NCBI GenBank assembly: GCA_016183615.1 | Contig: JACPEG010000029.1 | Coordinates: 8,012-72,011, forward strand | Reading direction: 5' to 3' | Length of the DNA stretch: 64,000 bases | From: Betaproteobacteria bacterium | GTDB lineage: Bacteria > Pseudomonadota > Gammaproteobacteria > Burkholderiales > UBA6910 | In this document: one piece after another, positions 44,172 to 52,970 of the stretch | Position numbering within the stretch: position 1 is the first letter of the stretch | Layout: every line of letters starts with the position of its first letter | Program-made: the position numbers and the translations under genes | Notes under the pieces: generated by a model | Database searches by the model: none | What the model was told of the DNA's origin: nothing | What the model saw: only the letters and a program-made list of their open reading frames with translations

Positions 44172-45263
44172 TCACGGCCTGCGCGTTTTTTCCCCGGCCT
44201 TCTTCAGTGCATCGCGGACCGCATCCGCCTCGCGCTGCAGCGCCTTGAACTCCTCCAGCCGGGCCCGGTCCTGGGTGCGCAGCCCCGCCACCAGGGCGCG
44301 GGTGGCGTCCCTTCGCAGGCGCACGTATTCCAGCAGCAGGGCGTGGCGCTCCTTTGACGGCGATTTCTCCGTGAGGTTCACGGCGGCGAGGCGCCGGTGG
44401 CCGCCGTCCCAGCGGCGGGCGGCTTCATCCAGCCGGTCGGCGAGCTGCAGGTCGTCGAGCGCGCCGCTGCGGCGCCCGTCCACCGCCTGCTTCCATCCAG
44501 CGAGAATCGCGTCCTCCTCCTTTGCAAACCACGCCACCTCGTCCTTGAGGCGATCTTCCTGCCGGTAGTCGTAGCGGGGCGGCGGCACCAGCCACCACAG
44601 GACGACCAGCACCAGCACCGCCGCAATTCCTCCCACCGCGAACGGGACTCCCGGGCGCGCGCTTTCCGCGTCGAGCGGGCGCGCGAGCAGCCAGCCCAGC
44701 CCGAATCCCGAGACCAGGCCGCCCACGTGGGCCGCGTTGTCGATGCCGGGCTGCACCAGGCCGTAGAACAGCGAAAACAGGACGAACGCGACAGTGCTTC
44801 CCGCCAGGGACTTCAGGGCCGCCGGGTTTACCTGCTCCCGGTACTTGGCGAGAAATGCCCCGAGGGCCCCGTAGACGCCGAACACGGCGCCGGAAGCGCC
44901 GACGCTGGCGGAGGAATCCGGGTTCCAGAGCAGGCTCGCCAGGCTGGCGGCGACGCCTGCGGTGAGGTAGACAAAGCCGTACCGGACGCCGCCGTAGAGC
45001 AGCTCGGTAAGGCGCCCGGCGCTCCACAGGGCCCACATGTTCATGGCCAGGTGCAGGATGCCGAAATGCAGGAAGAGGGCGGTGACCAGCCGCCACCATT
45101 GTCCCGAGGCCGTCAGCGGATGAAAGTTGGCGCCCCATTTCAGATACAGGGCGCCGTCGGGCTTCAGGATGCCGGCGCCCAGGGCCAGCATGAGAAGGAA
45201 GGCCGCCACGTTGATGGCGACGATGGCGGAAGTGACAAGGGGCTTCGGCGGATTGCCGTTCAC
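44172..45263 (-). CDS. rhomboid-family intramembrane serine protease with C-terminal helical extension
   Basis: GTG start. Rhomboid motifs WRLVTALFLHFGILHLAMN, catalytic GASGAVFG and AHVGGLVSG. About 130 aa of charged helical tail follow a seventh TM. Confidence 0.85.
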   Translation of the reverse strand: MNGNPPKPLVTSAIVAINVAAFLLMLALGAGILKPDGALYLKWGANFHPLTASGQWWRLVTALFLHFGILHLAMNMWALWSAGRLTELLYGGVRYGFVYLTAGVAASLASLLWNPDSSASVGASGAVFGVYGALGAFLAKYREQVNPAALKSLAGSTVAFVLFSLFYGLVQPGIDNAAHVGGLVSGFGLGWLLARPLDAESARPGVPFAVGGIAAVLVLVVLWWLVPPPRYDYRQEDRLKDEVAWFAKEEDAILAGWKQAVDGRRSGALDDLQLADRLDEAARRWDGGHRRLAAVNLTEKSPSKERHALLLEYVRLRRDATRALVAGLRTQDRARLEEFKALQREADAVRDALKKAGEKTRRP

Positions 45264-45303
45264 CGCGATTCCCCTGGACCTGCCCGCCCCAATCTGCCCC
45301 CCC

Positions 45304-45485
45304 CTTGCAGGAGCGAATTCATTCGCGACCTCCTGCCTGGTCGATCTCGGTCGGGGATGAATCCCCTCCTACACCCCCGCAGCGAATTCATTCGCGACCT
45401 TCGTCGGGGATGAATCCCCACCTGCCTCCCTTGTAGGAGCGAATTCATTCGCGACCTTCGTCGGGGATGAATCCCCTCCTACACC
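45304..45485. repeat. three tandem REP units, GTAGGAGCGAATTCATTCGCGACC..TCGGGGATGAATCCCC family
   Basis: Copies begin at about 45304, 45376 and 45430. Each contains the palindromes GCGAATtcATTCGC and GGGGATgaATCCCC, plus outer GTAGGAG/CTCCTAC pairing. Confidence 0.9.
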
Positions 45486-45524
45486 TCATCGGGGGGAGAG
45501 GATTCCGCGGGGCGGGCATCATTG

Positions 45525-46598
45525 CTATTCGTTTTCCGCCACCGGCGCCCACTGGGTATCGTAGAGCATGAGGTCGGAGATGGAATTCGCCCACTCCGCG
45601 AACTCCGGCACGTGATAGAGCGGGGTGCCGATGGAGCGCTGCAGGTCGGTGACGAGCATCACGCCCAGCTCGCGCTGGGGAAAACCCCGGGCATAGCGCA
45701 GGATGTGGCCATAGACCTTTCTTGCGTCGGGCCGGCGGCTCGCCTGCAGCGCGCGCCGCACCAGCGCCGCGGCAACGCCATATTGCAGGTCGATGCCCTC
45801 GGGCATGTCGGCGCTCCGTCCCTCCACGATGCCGTCGAGATCGGGCATGCGGTCCATTTGGTCGATGAAGGCCTTGAGCTCGATTCCCGCCGCCGCGCCG
45901 ACGCAAGCCTGCAGCCCGTCGAGCAGCAGCTCCCGCGCGGAAGCGAATTTCTGCAGCGCCCGGTGGGCGTACTCCCAGGAGCGGGGGCTCGGGAAAGCCA
46001 CCGGGTTGTGGGCCGGGTCGAAATCGAACAGCAGGTCCGGGCGGAATCGCAGGAACGCGATGAGGCGCGGATCGATCGCCGCATGGTGGGCCCACGCCAC
46101 CCAGTCGTCGAGATTCGCTTCCACCTCGTAATGGGTGAAGCGGTTGGCGAGCGGCGCCGGCATCGGGTAGGTGACGCCGCGGTCGCCGTGGCGATTCCCG
46201 GCGGCGAAGATGGCCCAGCCCTCCGGCACCGCGTAGTCGCCGAGCCGGCGGTCGAGGATCAGCTGGTAGGCCGCCGCCGACACCGCGGGCGGCGCGGAAG
46301 TGATTTCATCCAGGAACAGAATGCCCCTCGCCCCGTGGCGCGCGGCGTCGGGCAGCATGGCCGGCACCGCCCATTCCACGAGGGAATCCTTGCGAAACGG
46401 AATCCCGCGCAGGTCCGAAGGCTCGAGCTGGGAGAGGCGGATATCGGTGAGGGGCACTTCGTGGCGGGCGGCGATCTGGGCGATCATCTGGGACTTGCCC
46501 ACGCCCGGCGGGCCCCACAGCATGACCGGCGTGTGGTGGCCGGCATCGGTGGCCCGGAACTCCCGGTCGAGGATGGCGAAGATGTGGGACGGGCGCAT
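45525..46598 (-). CDS. MoxR-like AAA+ ATPase (AAA_5 type)
   Basis: Start at MRPSHIFAILD. Walker A GPPGVGKSQ and Walker B ILFLDEITSA. Confidence 0.85.
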   Translation of the reverse strand: MRPSHIFAILDREFRATDAGHHTPVMLWGPPGVGKSQMIAQIAARHEVPLTDIRLSQLEPSDLRGIPFRKDSLVEWAVPAMLPDAARHGARGILFLDEITSAPPAVSAAAYQLILDRRLGDYAVPEGWAIFAAGNRHGDRGVTYPMPAPLANRFTHYEVEANLDDWVAWAHHAAIDPRLIAFLRFRPDLLFDFDPAHNPVAFPSPRSWEYAHRALQKFASARELLLDGLQACVGAAAGIELKAFIDQMDRMPDLDGIVEGRSADMPEGIDLQYGVAAALVRRALQASRRPDARKVYGHILRYARGFPQRELGVMLVTDLQRSIGTPLYHVPEFAEWANSISDLMLYDTQWAPVAENE

Positions 46599-46815
46599 GG
46601 GACGGCGGTCTCGGGGAGTCCGGGAAATGATACCACCAAGGCCCGAACCATCCCGAACCGCAAAGGACGCCAAGGACGCAAAGAAATTCAGCCCTGTGAT
46701 TTTCCTTCGCGTCCTTTGCGTACCTGGCGGTTTACGCGTTTCCTGGAGAAAGCAGAAACCCTAGGAATCGCCCGGGAAATTTGCTACCGTGCAACCTCTC
46801 CGAGCAAGGGTCTTC

Positions 46816-47352
46816 ATGAACTTCTGCAGCCACTGCGGCGCGCCGGTCGAGGTGCGAATCCCCGACGGGGATTCGCTGCCACGACACGTTTGCCCGTCGT
46901 GCGGCGCGATCCACTACACAAACCCGAAGCTGGTGGTCGGCAGCATCCCGGAGTGGGAAGGAAAGATCCTGCTGTGCCGCCGCGCCATCGAGCCCCGCCA
47001 TGGGCTGTGGACCCTGCCCGCCGGATTCATGGAAAACCATGAAACCATCGTCCAGGCGGCGCTGCGGGAAACCCGGGAGGAAGCCAACGCCAACGTTGAA
47101 ATCGGCGAGCTCTACGCCCTCTATGACCTGCCCCACATCAGCCAGGTGTACATGATGTTCCGGGCAAGGCTGCTGGACCAGTCATTCAGGCCGGGGCCGG
47201 AAACGCTCGAAACCCGGCTGTTCACCGAGGCGGAGATTCCCTGGGAGGCCCTCGCCTTCCGCACCATACGGGAAACGCTGCGGCGCTACTTCGCGGACCG
47301 CGTCACCGGCGAGTACCGGCTCCACATCGGAACCATCGAGCCGCCACGCTAG
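46816..47352 (+). CDS. NUDIX hydrolase with N-terminal zinc ribbon
   Basis: MNFCSHCGAP...CPSCG zinc ribbon, then Nudix box GFMENHETIVQAALRETREEAN. Confidence 0.85.
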   Translation: MNFCSHCGAPVEVRIPDGDSLPRHVCPSCGAIHYTNPKLVVGSIPEWEGKILLCRRAIEPRHGLWTLPAGFMENHETIVQAALRETREEANANVEIGELYALYDLPHISQVYMMFRARLLDQSFRPGPETLETRLFTEAEIPWEALAFRTIRETLRRYFADRVTGEYRLHIGTIEPPR

Positions 47353-49334
47353 CCGGGGCTCAGGCCCCGCTTCCAGAACTGTGCCGCCACCACGGCGCCG
47401 GCCAGCCCCAGGCCGATGAAGTCGCTCCAGGCTGCGGGATACACCAGCAGCAGGCCTGCCGCGATCAGCATCATCCGCTCGAGCAGCACCGTCCTGCGGA
47501 ACAGCCACCCCTGCACGCCGCCGGCGAGCGCCGCAATCCCGACGAACGCGGTGATGGTGGTGTGGATCATGTCGAGTACCGAGCCCTTGAGCAGCAGGCC
47601 CACCCCGGCCGGATCGAGCACGAAACCGAACGGCACCAGGAAGGCGGGCAGCGTGTATTTCCAGGAGAACAGCGTCGTCTTGTAGGGATCGCCGCCGGTG
47701 ATGGCCGCCGCGGCGAACGGAGACAGCGCCGTCGGCGGGGACACTTCCGAGAGCACCGCGTAATAGAAGATGAACATGTGGGCCGCGAACTCGGGCACCC
47801 CGAGCTTGGTGAGGGCCGGCGCCGCGATCACCGCGCAGATGATGTAGGACGCGGTGACCGGCACCGCAAGGCCCACGGTCCAGACCACCAGGGCGGTATA
47901 GACGGCGGTGAGCACCAGGTTGCCGCCCGCGAGCTCGATGACGATGGAGCTGAACTTGAGCCCGAGGCCGGTCAGCGTCACCACGCCCACGATGATGCCG
48001 GCGGAAGCGCAGGTCGCCGCGACGCCCAGCACCCCCACCGAGCCCGCCTTGAGGGCCTCGACCAGCCTGGTCCGGTAGATCGGCGTGTCCCGGGTCGGAA
48101 TGAATTTGAGAGCGGTATCCCGGCGCAGGAAAGACATGCCCGCCGCCAGGATCGTGGCCCAGAACACGGCGATGATGGGGGTGAAGCCCAGCACCATGAA
48201 CACCACGATGGCGAGGAGGGAGATGAAGTGGAAGCCGTATTCCTTTGTCATCTGCCACAGGCTCTCCCTGGTGCGGATCTCCACTTCGTGCATCGCGAAC
48301 CGGCGTGAATCGAGCTCCACCATCAGGAACAGCGACAGGTAGTAGAGGCAGGTGGGGATGACCGCCATCAGGATCACGTCGAGATAGGAGATCTTGAGGA
48401 ACTCCGCGATCAGGAACGCCGCCGCCCCCAGCACCGGCGGCGAGATGATGGCGCCCAGGCCTCCGGCCGCCAGCAGCCCGCCGGCGGCTTCCTTGCTGTA
48501 GCCCGCCTTGGCGAGCATCGGATAGGCCACCGAGCCCAGGGTGACGGTGGTGGCGACCCCGCTGCCCGACGGCCCGCCCAGCAGGAAGGAGGACAGCACG
48601 ATGGTGCGGCCCGCCGCCGCGTGGGTGCCGCCGGTGGCGGCAAAGGAGAAGTCGATGAAGAACTTGCCGGCGCCGGAAAACTGGAGCACCGCGCCGTAGA
48701 TGGTGAACAGGATGATGAAGGTGGCGGACACGTCGATGGCGGTGCCGAAGATGCCCTCCAGGGTCATGTACATGTGGCCCACCAGCCGCTCCACGTCATA
48801 GCCGCGGTGGGTCCAGGGGGCCGGCAGCTGGGGCCCCGCCATGGCATAGACGACGAACGCCGCCACCACGATGGTGAGGATCCAGCCCGAGGTGCGGCGG
48901 GTCGCCTCCAGTACCAGCAGCATCAGCGCCACCCCGAAGAAAATGTCCCACTGGTTGGGGGTGACGGCGCGCTCGATGAAATCGTCGAAGTCGATGAGCA
49001 GATAGGCGATCACCGCCACGCCCAGCAGCGACAGCACCACGTCGAACCACATGAGCCGGTCGCGGAAGCGCTTGGCGGCGGGAAACAGCAGGAAGCACAG
49101 GAACAGCACGAAGCCCACGTGAATCGCGCGCAGGATCTGGGTCGGCACGATGCCGTAGGCGGAGTACAGGTGGAACAGCGACATCGCCACCGCCACCGCG
49201 GTGAGGAAAATCTCCAGCCAGCCCTTGAAATGGCTGGCCGCGCCCTCCTCCTCCTCGATGTACTCCTCGGCCCGCTTCAGGGCCTCTTCGCTGATGACGA
49301 CTTCCTGCTCGGCGGGCGGGTTGCTCTCGGCCAT
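47349..49334 (-). CDS. TRAP transporter fused permease (TAXI-type DctQM fusion)
   Basis: 661 aa, highly hydrophobic throughout. Positioned with DUF1850 and TAXI solute-receptor genes. Confidence 0.9.
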   Translation of the reverse strand: MAESNPPAEQEVVISEEALKRAEEYIEEEEGAASHFKGWLEIFLTAVAVAMSLFHLYSAYGIVPTQILRAIHVGFVLFLCFLLFPAAKRFRDRLMWFDVVLSLLGVAVIAYLLIDFDDFIERAVTPNQWDIFFGVALMLLVLEATRRTSGWILTIVVAAFVVYAMAGPQLPAPWTHRGYDVERLVGHMYMTLEGIFGTAIDVSATFIILFTIYGAVLQFSGAGKFFIDFSFAATGGTHAAAGRTIVLSSFLLGGPSGSGVATTVTLGSVAYPMLAKAGYSKEAAGGLLAAGGLGAIISPPVLGAAAFLIAEFLKISYLDVILMAVIPTCLYYLSLFLMVELDSRRFAMHEVEIRTRESLWQMTKEYGFHFISLLAIVVFMVLGFTPIIAVFWATILAAGMSFLRRDTALKFIPTRDTPIYRTRLVEALKAGSVGVLGVAATCASAGIIVGVVTLTGLGLKFSSIVIELAGGNLVLTAVYTALVVWTVGLAVPVTASYIICAVIAAPALTKLGVPEFAAHMFIFYYAVLSEVSPPTALSPFAAAAITGGDPYKTTLFSWKYTLPAFLVPFGFVLDPAGVGLLLKGSVLDMIHTTITAFVGIAALAGGVQGWLFRRTVLLERMMLIAAGLLLVYPAAWSDFIGLGLAGAVVAAQFWKRGLSPG

Positions 49335-49352
49335 CAGAATCTCCCGGCGAAG

Positions 49353-49820
49353 CTACCTTCGGTTGGCAAGATACGCCGCGAGAGGCTTGCGGGCCCCGCG
49401 CAGCACGATGCGATCGCCGTGTTCGCCCAGCTCCAGGAAGGAGTGCTCGGCGCCGCCGATCTTCATGCGCTGGGGCACCCCGGCCGCCACCCGGAATACC
49501 ACTTCCGGCATCACCCGGTTCATCACGTGATAGTCACCAGGGGCGGTGATGCCGAAGTATTCGCGCACTGCGCCGCTGGGGCTCCACAGCGCCTTGAGCA
49601 CGATCCCCCCGTCGTCGCCCACCGTGAATTCCTCGGTGATGGGCTGATCGTACATGGAGTGATGGTAGGTGACGGAAAACACCTCGCCGGCGTCAACCCG
49701 GAACAGCACCGTGCGTCCGCGGGATGCGTTCTCGAACTCGGCCACCGTGACCGGGTAAATCAGGGTGGTCGCAACCAGGACGAAGGCTGCGGCCGCCGCG
49801 GCGATCCCGCTTTTTTTCAC
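49353..49820 (-). CDS. DUF1850 domain protein (TAXI-TRAP-associated)
   Basis: 155 aa with an N-terminal anchor. Conserved position between the TAXI receptor and the fused permease. Confidence 0.8.
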   Translation of the reverse strand: MKKSGIAAAAAAFVLVATTLIYPVTVAEFENASRGRTVLFRVDAGEVFSVTYHHSMYDQPITEEFTVGDDGGIVLKALWSPSGAVREYFGITAPGDYHVMNRVMPEVVFRVAAGVPQRMKIGGAEHSFLELGEHGDRIVLRGARKPLAAYLANRR

Positions 49821-49835
49821 CCGATGACCGGAGTT

Positions 49836-50795
49836 TTATTTGGCCTTGAGCCCCTTCTCGGTGAAGTATTTCACCGCGCCGGGATGAAATGGGATGGGCG
49901 AGCCGCCGTCGTACTGGGCGGCGAGGTTCAGGTTGATGGCTTCCGCGTGCACGCGCACCAGGTCCAGCTTCTGTTCAAACAGCGTCTTGGTGATGTCGTA
50001 GGCCAGCTTCGCGTCCATCTTCTCATTCACCACCACCACGTTCCACACGTCCACCACCGCAACGTCCTTGTCCTGGTTGGGATAGGACTTGGCGGGAATC
50101 ACGCCCTTCACGTAGAGCGGACCGTATTTCTTCACCATGTTGGGAATGGCATCGATGTGGTCGAGCAGCTTGATCTTGAGCCCGGGGGTGGCGGCCAGAT
50201 CAGTCACTGCCGCCGTGGGAATGCCACCGGACCAGAAGAAGGCATCGATCTTCCTGTCCTTCAGCGCGTTCACCGATTCCGCGACCGAAAGCTTCTCGCG
50301 CTTCACGTCCTTGTCGGGATCGATGCCTGAGGCCTCCAGGATCCGGAGCGCGATCACCTCGGTGCCGCTGCCGGGGGCGCCGGTGGCAATACGCTTGCCC
50401 TTGAGATCGGCCATCTTGTTGATGCCGGTGCCCTCCACCGTGACCCACTGGGACTTGTTGGCGTACACCACCGCAATGGAGCGGATCGGGGTCTTTTCCT
50501 TGAATTTGCCCAGGCCGTTGTAGCCGTCCCACGCGGTATCCGCCAGGCTCCAGGCGATGTCCGCCTTGCCCGCGCCCACCAGCCTGAGATTATCGACCGA
50601 GGCGCTGGTCACTTCCGCCGTGGCATCTACAGTGGGCAGGTACTTGCTGAGCACCGCGGCGATGCCGCCGCCCAGGGGATAGTAAACGCCGCCGGTGCCG
50701 CCGGTGGCGATCGAAAGCTTGACCGATTTCTGTTGGGCCTGGCCGGGACCGGCCGCGAAGGCGAGGATGACGGCGAGCAGTAGCGCCTTTCTCAT
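49836..50795 (-). CDS. TAXI-family TRAP transporter solute-binding protein
   Basis: Start at MRKALLLAVILAFAAGPGQA. LSIATGGTGGVYYPLGGGIA signature of the TAXI (TTT-immunogenic protein) family. Confidence 0.9.
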   Translation of the reverse strand: MRKALLLAVILAFAAGPGQAQQKSVKLSIATGGTGGVYYPLGGGIAAVLSKYLPTVDATAEVTSASVDNLRLVGAGKADIAWSLADTAWDGYNGLGKFKEKTPIRSIAVVYANKSQWVTVEGTGINKMADLKGKRIATGAPGSGTEVIALRILEASGIDPDKDVKREKLSVAESVNALKDRKIDAFFWSGGIPTAAVTDLAATPGLKIKLLDHIDAIPNMVKKYGPLYVKGVIPAKSYPNQDKDVAVVDVWNVVVVNEKMDAKLAYDITKTLFEQKLDLVRVHAEAINLNLAAQYDGGSPIPFHPGAVKYFTEKGLKAK

Positions 50796-50924
50796 GGGAT
50801 TCCTCCAATTGTTTTTGGGTTGGACGGCCACCGGCCGGGCGATGGCCGCGGACCGTGGGCTAATAATATAATCGCAGAACCTCGGGCGCAAACCATCTCC
50901 TTGTCGCAACAATCAAAAATTTCC

Positions 50925-52148
50925 ATGGCCGGACCGCTTTCCCACATCCGCGTACTGGACCTGTCCCGGGTCCTGGCCGGGCCCTGGGCGGGCCAGAACC
51001 TCGCCGACCTGGGCGCTGAAGTCATCAAGGTGGAGCGGCCCGGCGCCGGCGACGACACCCGCGGCTGGGGCCCGCCTTACCTCAAGGATAGCGAGGGCCG
51101 CGACACCACCGAGTCGGCCTATTTCCTGTCCTGCAACCGGGGCAAGAAATCGGTCACCCTCGACATCTCGAAGCCCGAGGGCCAGCGCCTTGCGCGCGCG
51201 CTCGCCGCGCAAAGCGATATCCTGCTGGAAAACTACAAGGTGGGCGGGCTCGCCCGCTACGGCCTCTCCTATGACGATCTCAAGGCCGCGAACCCGCGGC
51301 TCATCTACTGCTCCATCACCGGCTTCGGCCAGGACGGGCCCTATCGCGACCGGGCGGGCTATGACTTCATGATCCAGGGCATGGGCGGGCTGATGAGCAT
51401 CACCGGCGAGCCGGACGAGGCGCCGGGCGGCGGCCCGGAGAAAGTGGGCGTGGCGATCGCCGACATCATGACCGGGATGTACGCCACCGTGGCGGTGCTC
51501 GGCGCGCTGGCCCACCGCGAGCGCACGGGCCAGGGTCAGTACATCGACATGGCGCTGCTGGACGCCCAGGTGGCCATGCTCGCCAACCAGAACATGAACT
51601 ATCTCACTTCCGGGGTTGCGCCGCGCCGGCTCGGCAATGCCCACCCCAATATCGTCCCCTACCAGGTCTTCAAGACCCGCGACGGCGACCTGATCCTCGC
51701 CGTGGGCAACGACAGCCAGTTCGCAAAATTCTGTGCGGTGGCCGGGCGCCCGGAACTCGCGGATGACGCGCGCTTCCGCACCAACGCCTTGCGGGTCCGG
51801 CACCGTGCCGTGATCGTTCCCGTCGTCGCCGAGCTGGTGCGAGGACGAACCACCACTGAGTGGATCGGGCTTCTCGATCCCGCGGGCGTCCCCTGCGGGC
51901 CCATCAATACGCTTGCCCAGGTGTTTTCCGACCCCCAGGTGGTTCACCGCAAGCTGCGCATCGATCTTGCCCACCCCGGAGCCGGGACCGTACCGCAGGT
52001 GGCGAGCCCGATGCGGTTTTCGGCCACGCCCCTCGAATACGCCGCGGCGCCCCCGCTGCTGGGCCAGCATACCCGGGAAGTGCTCTCCCGGCTTCTCGGC
52101 CTGTCCGGCCCCGAGATCGACGCGTTGCAGGGCGCCGGAGTCATCTGA
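50925..52148 (+). CDS. CaiB/BaiF-family (class III) CoA-transferase
   Basis: Start at MAGPLSHIRVLDLSRVLAGPWAGQNLADLGAEVIKVE, the canonical family N-terminus. Catalytic Asp context GYDFMIQGMGG. Confidence 0.9.
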   Translation: MAGPLSHIRVLDLSRVLAGPWAGQNLADLGAEVIKVERPGAGDDTRGWGPPYLKDSEGRDTTESAYFLSCNRGKKSVTLDISKPEGQRLARALAAQSDILLENYKVGGLARYGLSYDDLKAANPRLIYCSITGFGQDGPYRDRAGYDFMIQGMGGLMSITGEPDEAPGGGPEKVGVAIADIMTGMYATVAVLGALAHRERTGQGQYIDMALLDAQVAMLANQNMNYLTSGVAPRRLGNAHPNIVPYQVFKTRDGDLILAVGNDSQFAKFCAVAGRPELADDARFRTNALRVRHRAVIVPVVAELVRGRTTTEWIGLLDPAGVPCGPINTLAQVFSDPQVVHRKLRIDLAHPGAGTVPQVASPMRFSATPLEYAAAPPLLGQHTREVLSRLLGLSGPEIDALQGAGVI

Positions 52149-52189
52149 GCCGGCAGCGACGAGACCGTGGCGATCGCGCCCTCGATCCG

Positions 52190-52444
52190 GTGGCAAAAGT
52201 GGACGGCGGCGACGAATTCGCGATCGTCCTGGAGAACGTGTCCGATGCAGGGGAAGCCGAGGTGGTGGCCGAAGGCGTGGAAAACGGCGCCCAGCTCGAT
52301 TTCCTGCGGGCCCAGGGCTGCGACCTGATGCAGGGCTATTTCTTCAGCCACCCCCTGGAAGCCGACCTGATGACGGCGCTGCTCCAAGGTACCCGCAGCG
52401 ACGTGCTCCCCGGACTTTTTCCCATTCGCAGCGCGGCAGGCTAG
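52190..52444 (+). pseudogene. GGDEF-EAL protein remnant (GGDEF motif joined directly to the end of an EAL domain)
   Basis: Frame reads VAKVDGGDEFAIVLENVSDAGEA / EVVAEGVENGAQLDFLRAQGCDLMQGYFFSHPL. There is no start codon or upstream domain. Confidence 0.65.
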
Positions 52445-52455
52445 AATCTCTCCTC

Positions 52456-52872
52456 ATGGGAGGGATGAGAAAATTCGCCGGGGCGTTCCTGCTTGCCTCG
52501 CTGGCCTGCGCGGCACAGGCCGAGACACCCCAGGAGTTCACCGCGCGCCTGAAGCAGGTGCGCGGCGTCACCGCCACCGTCAACCAGCGCGAGGACGGCA
52601 GCTTCGGCTCCATTTCGATCCGTATCCCGCCGAAGGTCCTTTCTGACCGCTCCACCGCCGACGAACTTCTACCCCAGGTCGGCAGGTTCGCGGCCGAGGC
52701 GAAGCTGAAGGCCGACGTGCTCACGCCCACAAAGGAAGACGGCGACTACGTGGTGCAGAAGCTGAAGGAGGCCGGGGTGGCCAGCGTCACCGCCAAGGTC
52801 ATGGCGGAAACCGTGAGCCGCAAGGACTCGCGGATTTTCCTGATCCCCGAAAAGCGCGAGCCGGCGAAATGA
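52456..52872 (+). CDS. small secreted hypothetical protein
   Basis: Signal peptide MGGMRKFAGAFLLASLACAAQA|ETP; 138 aa. Alternative start at 52465. Confidence 0.6.
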   Translation: MGGMRKFAGAFLLASLACAAQAETPQEFTARLKQVRGVTATVNQREDGSFGSISIRIPPKVLSDRSTADELLPQVGRFAAEAKLKADVLTPTKEDGDYVVQKLKEAGVASVTAKVMAETVSRKDSRIFLIPEKREPAK

Positions 52873-52901
52873 CTCAATCGGTGAGCCGCCGGTCCTCTCC
52901 G

Positions 52902-52970
52902 GTAGGTTGGGCATTCATGCCCAACGCTACGCGGACCGGGTGATTGTCGGGCACAAAGTGCCCGACCTAC
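52902..52970. repeat. two REP hairpins (gtaggTTGGGCATtcATGCCCAA and GTCGGGCACaaaGTGCCCGACctac)
   Basis: Same family as 38591 and 42680. The second hairpin contains the TAG stop of the PAS-GGDEF-EAL gene. Confidence 0.8.

Noticed and set aside
47349-47352. Convergent NUDIX and TRAP permease genes whose stop codons overlap within GCTAGC
   Set aside because: This is a real feature of the sequence, but a palindromic TAG/CTA overlap of convergent stops is a trivial coincidence with no implied function.
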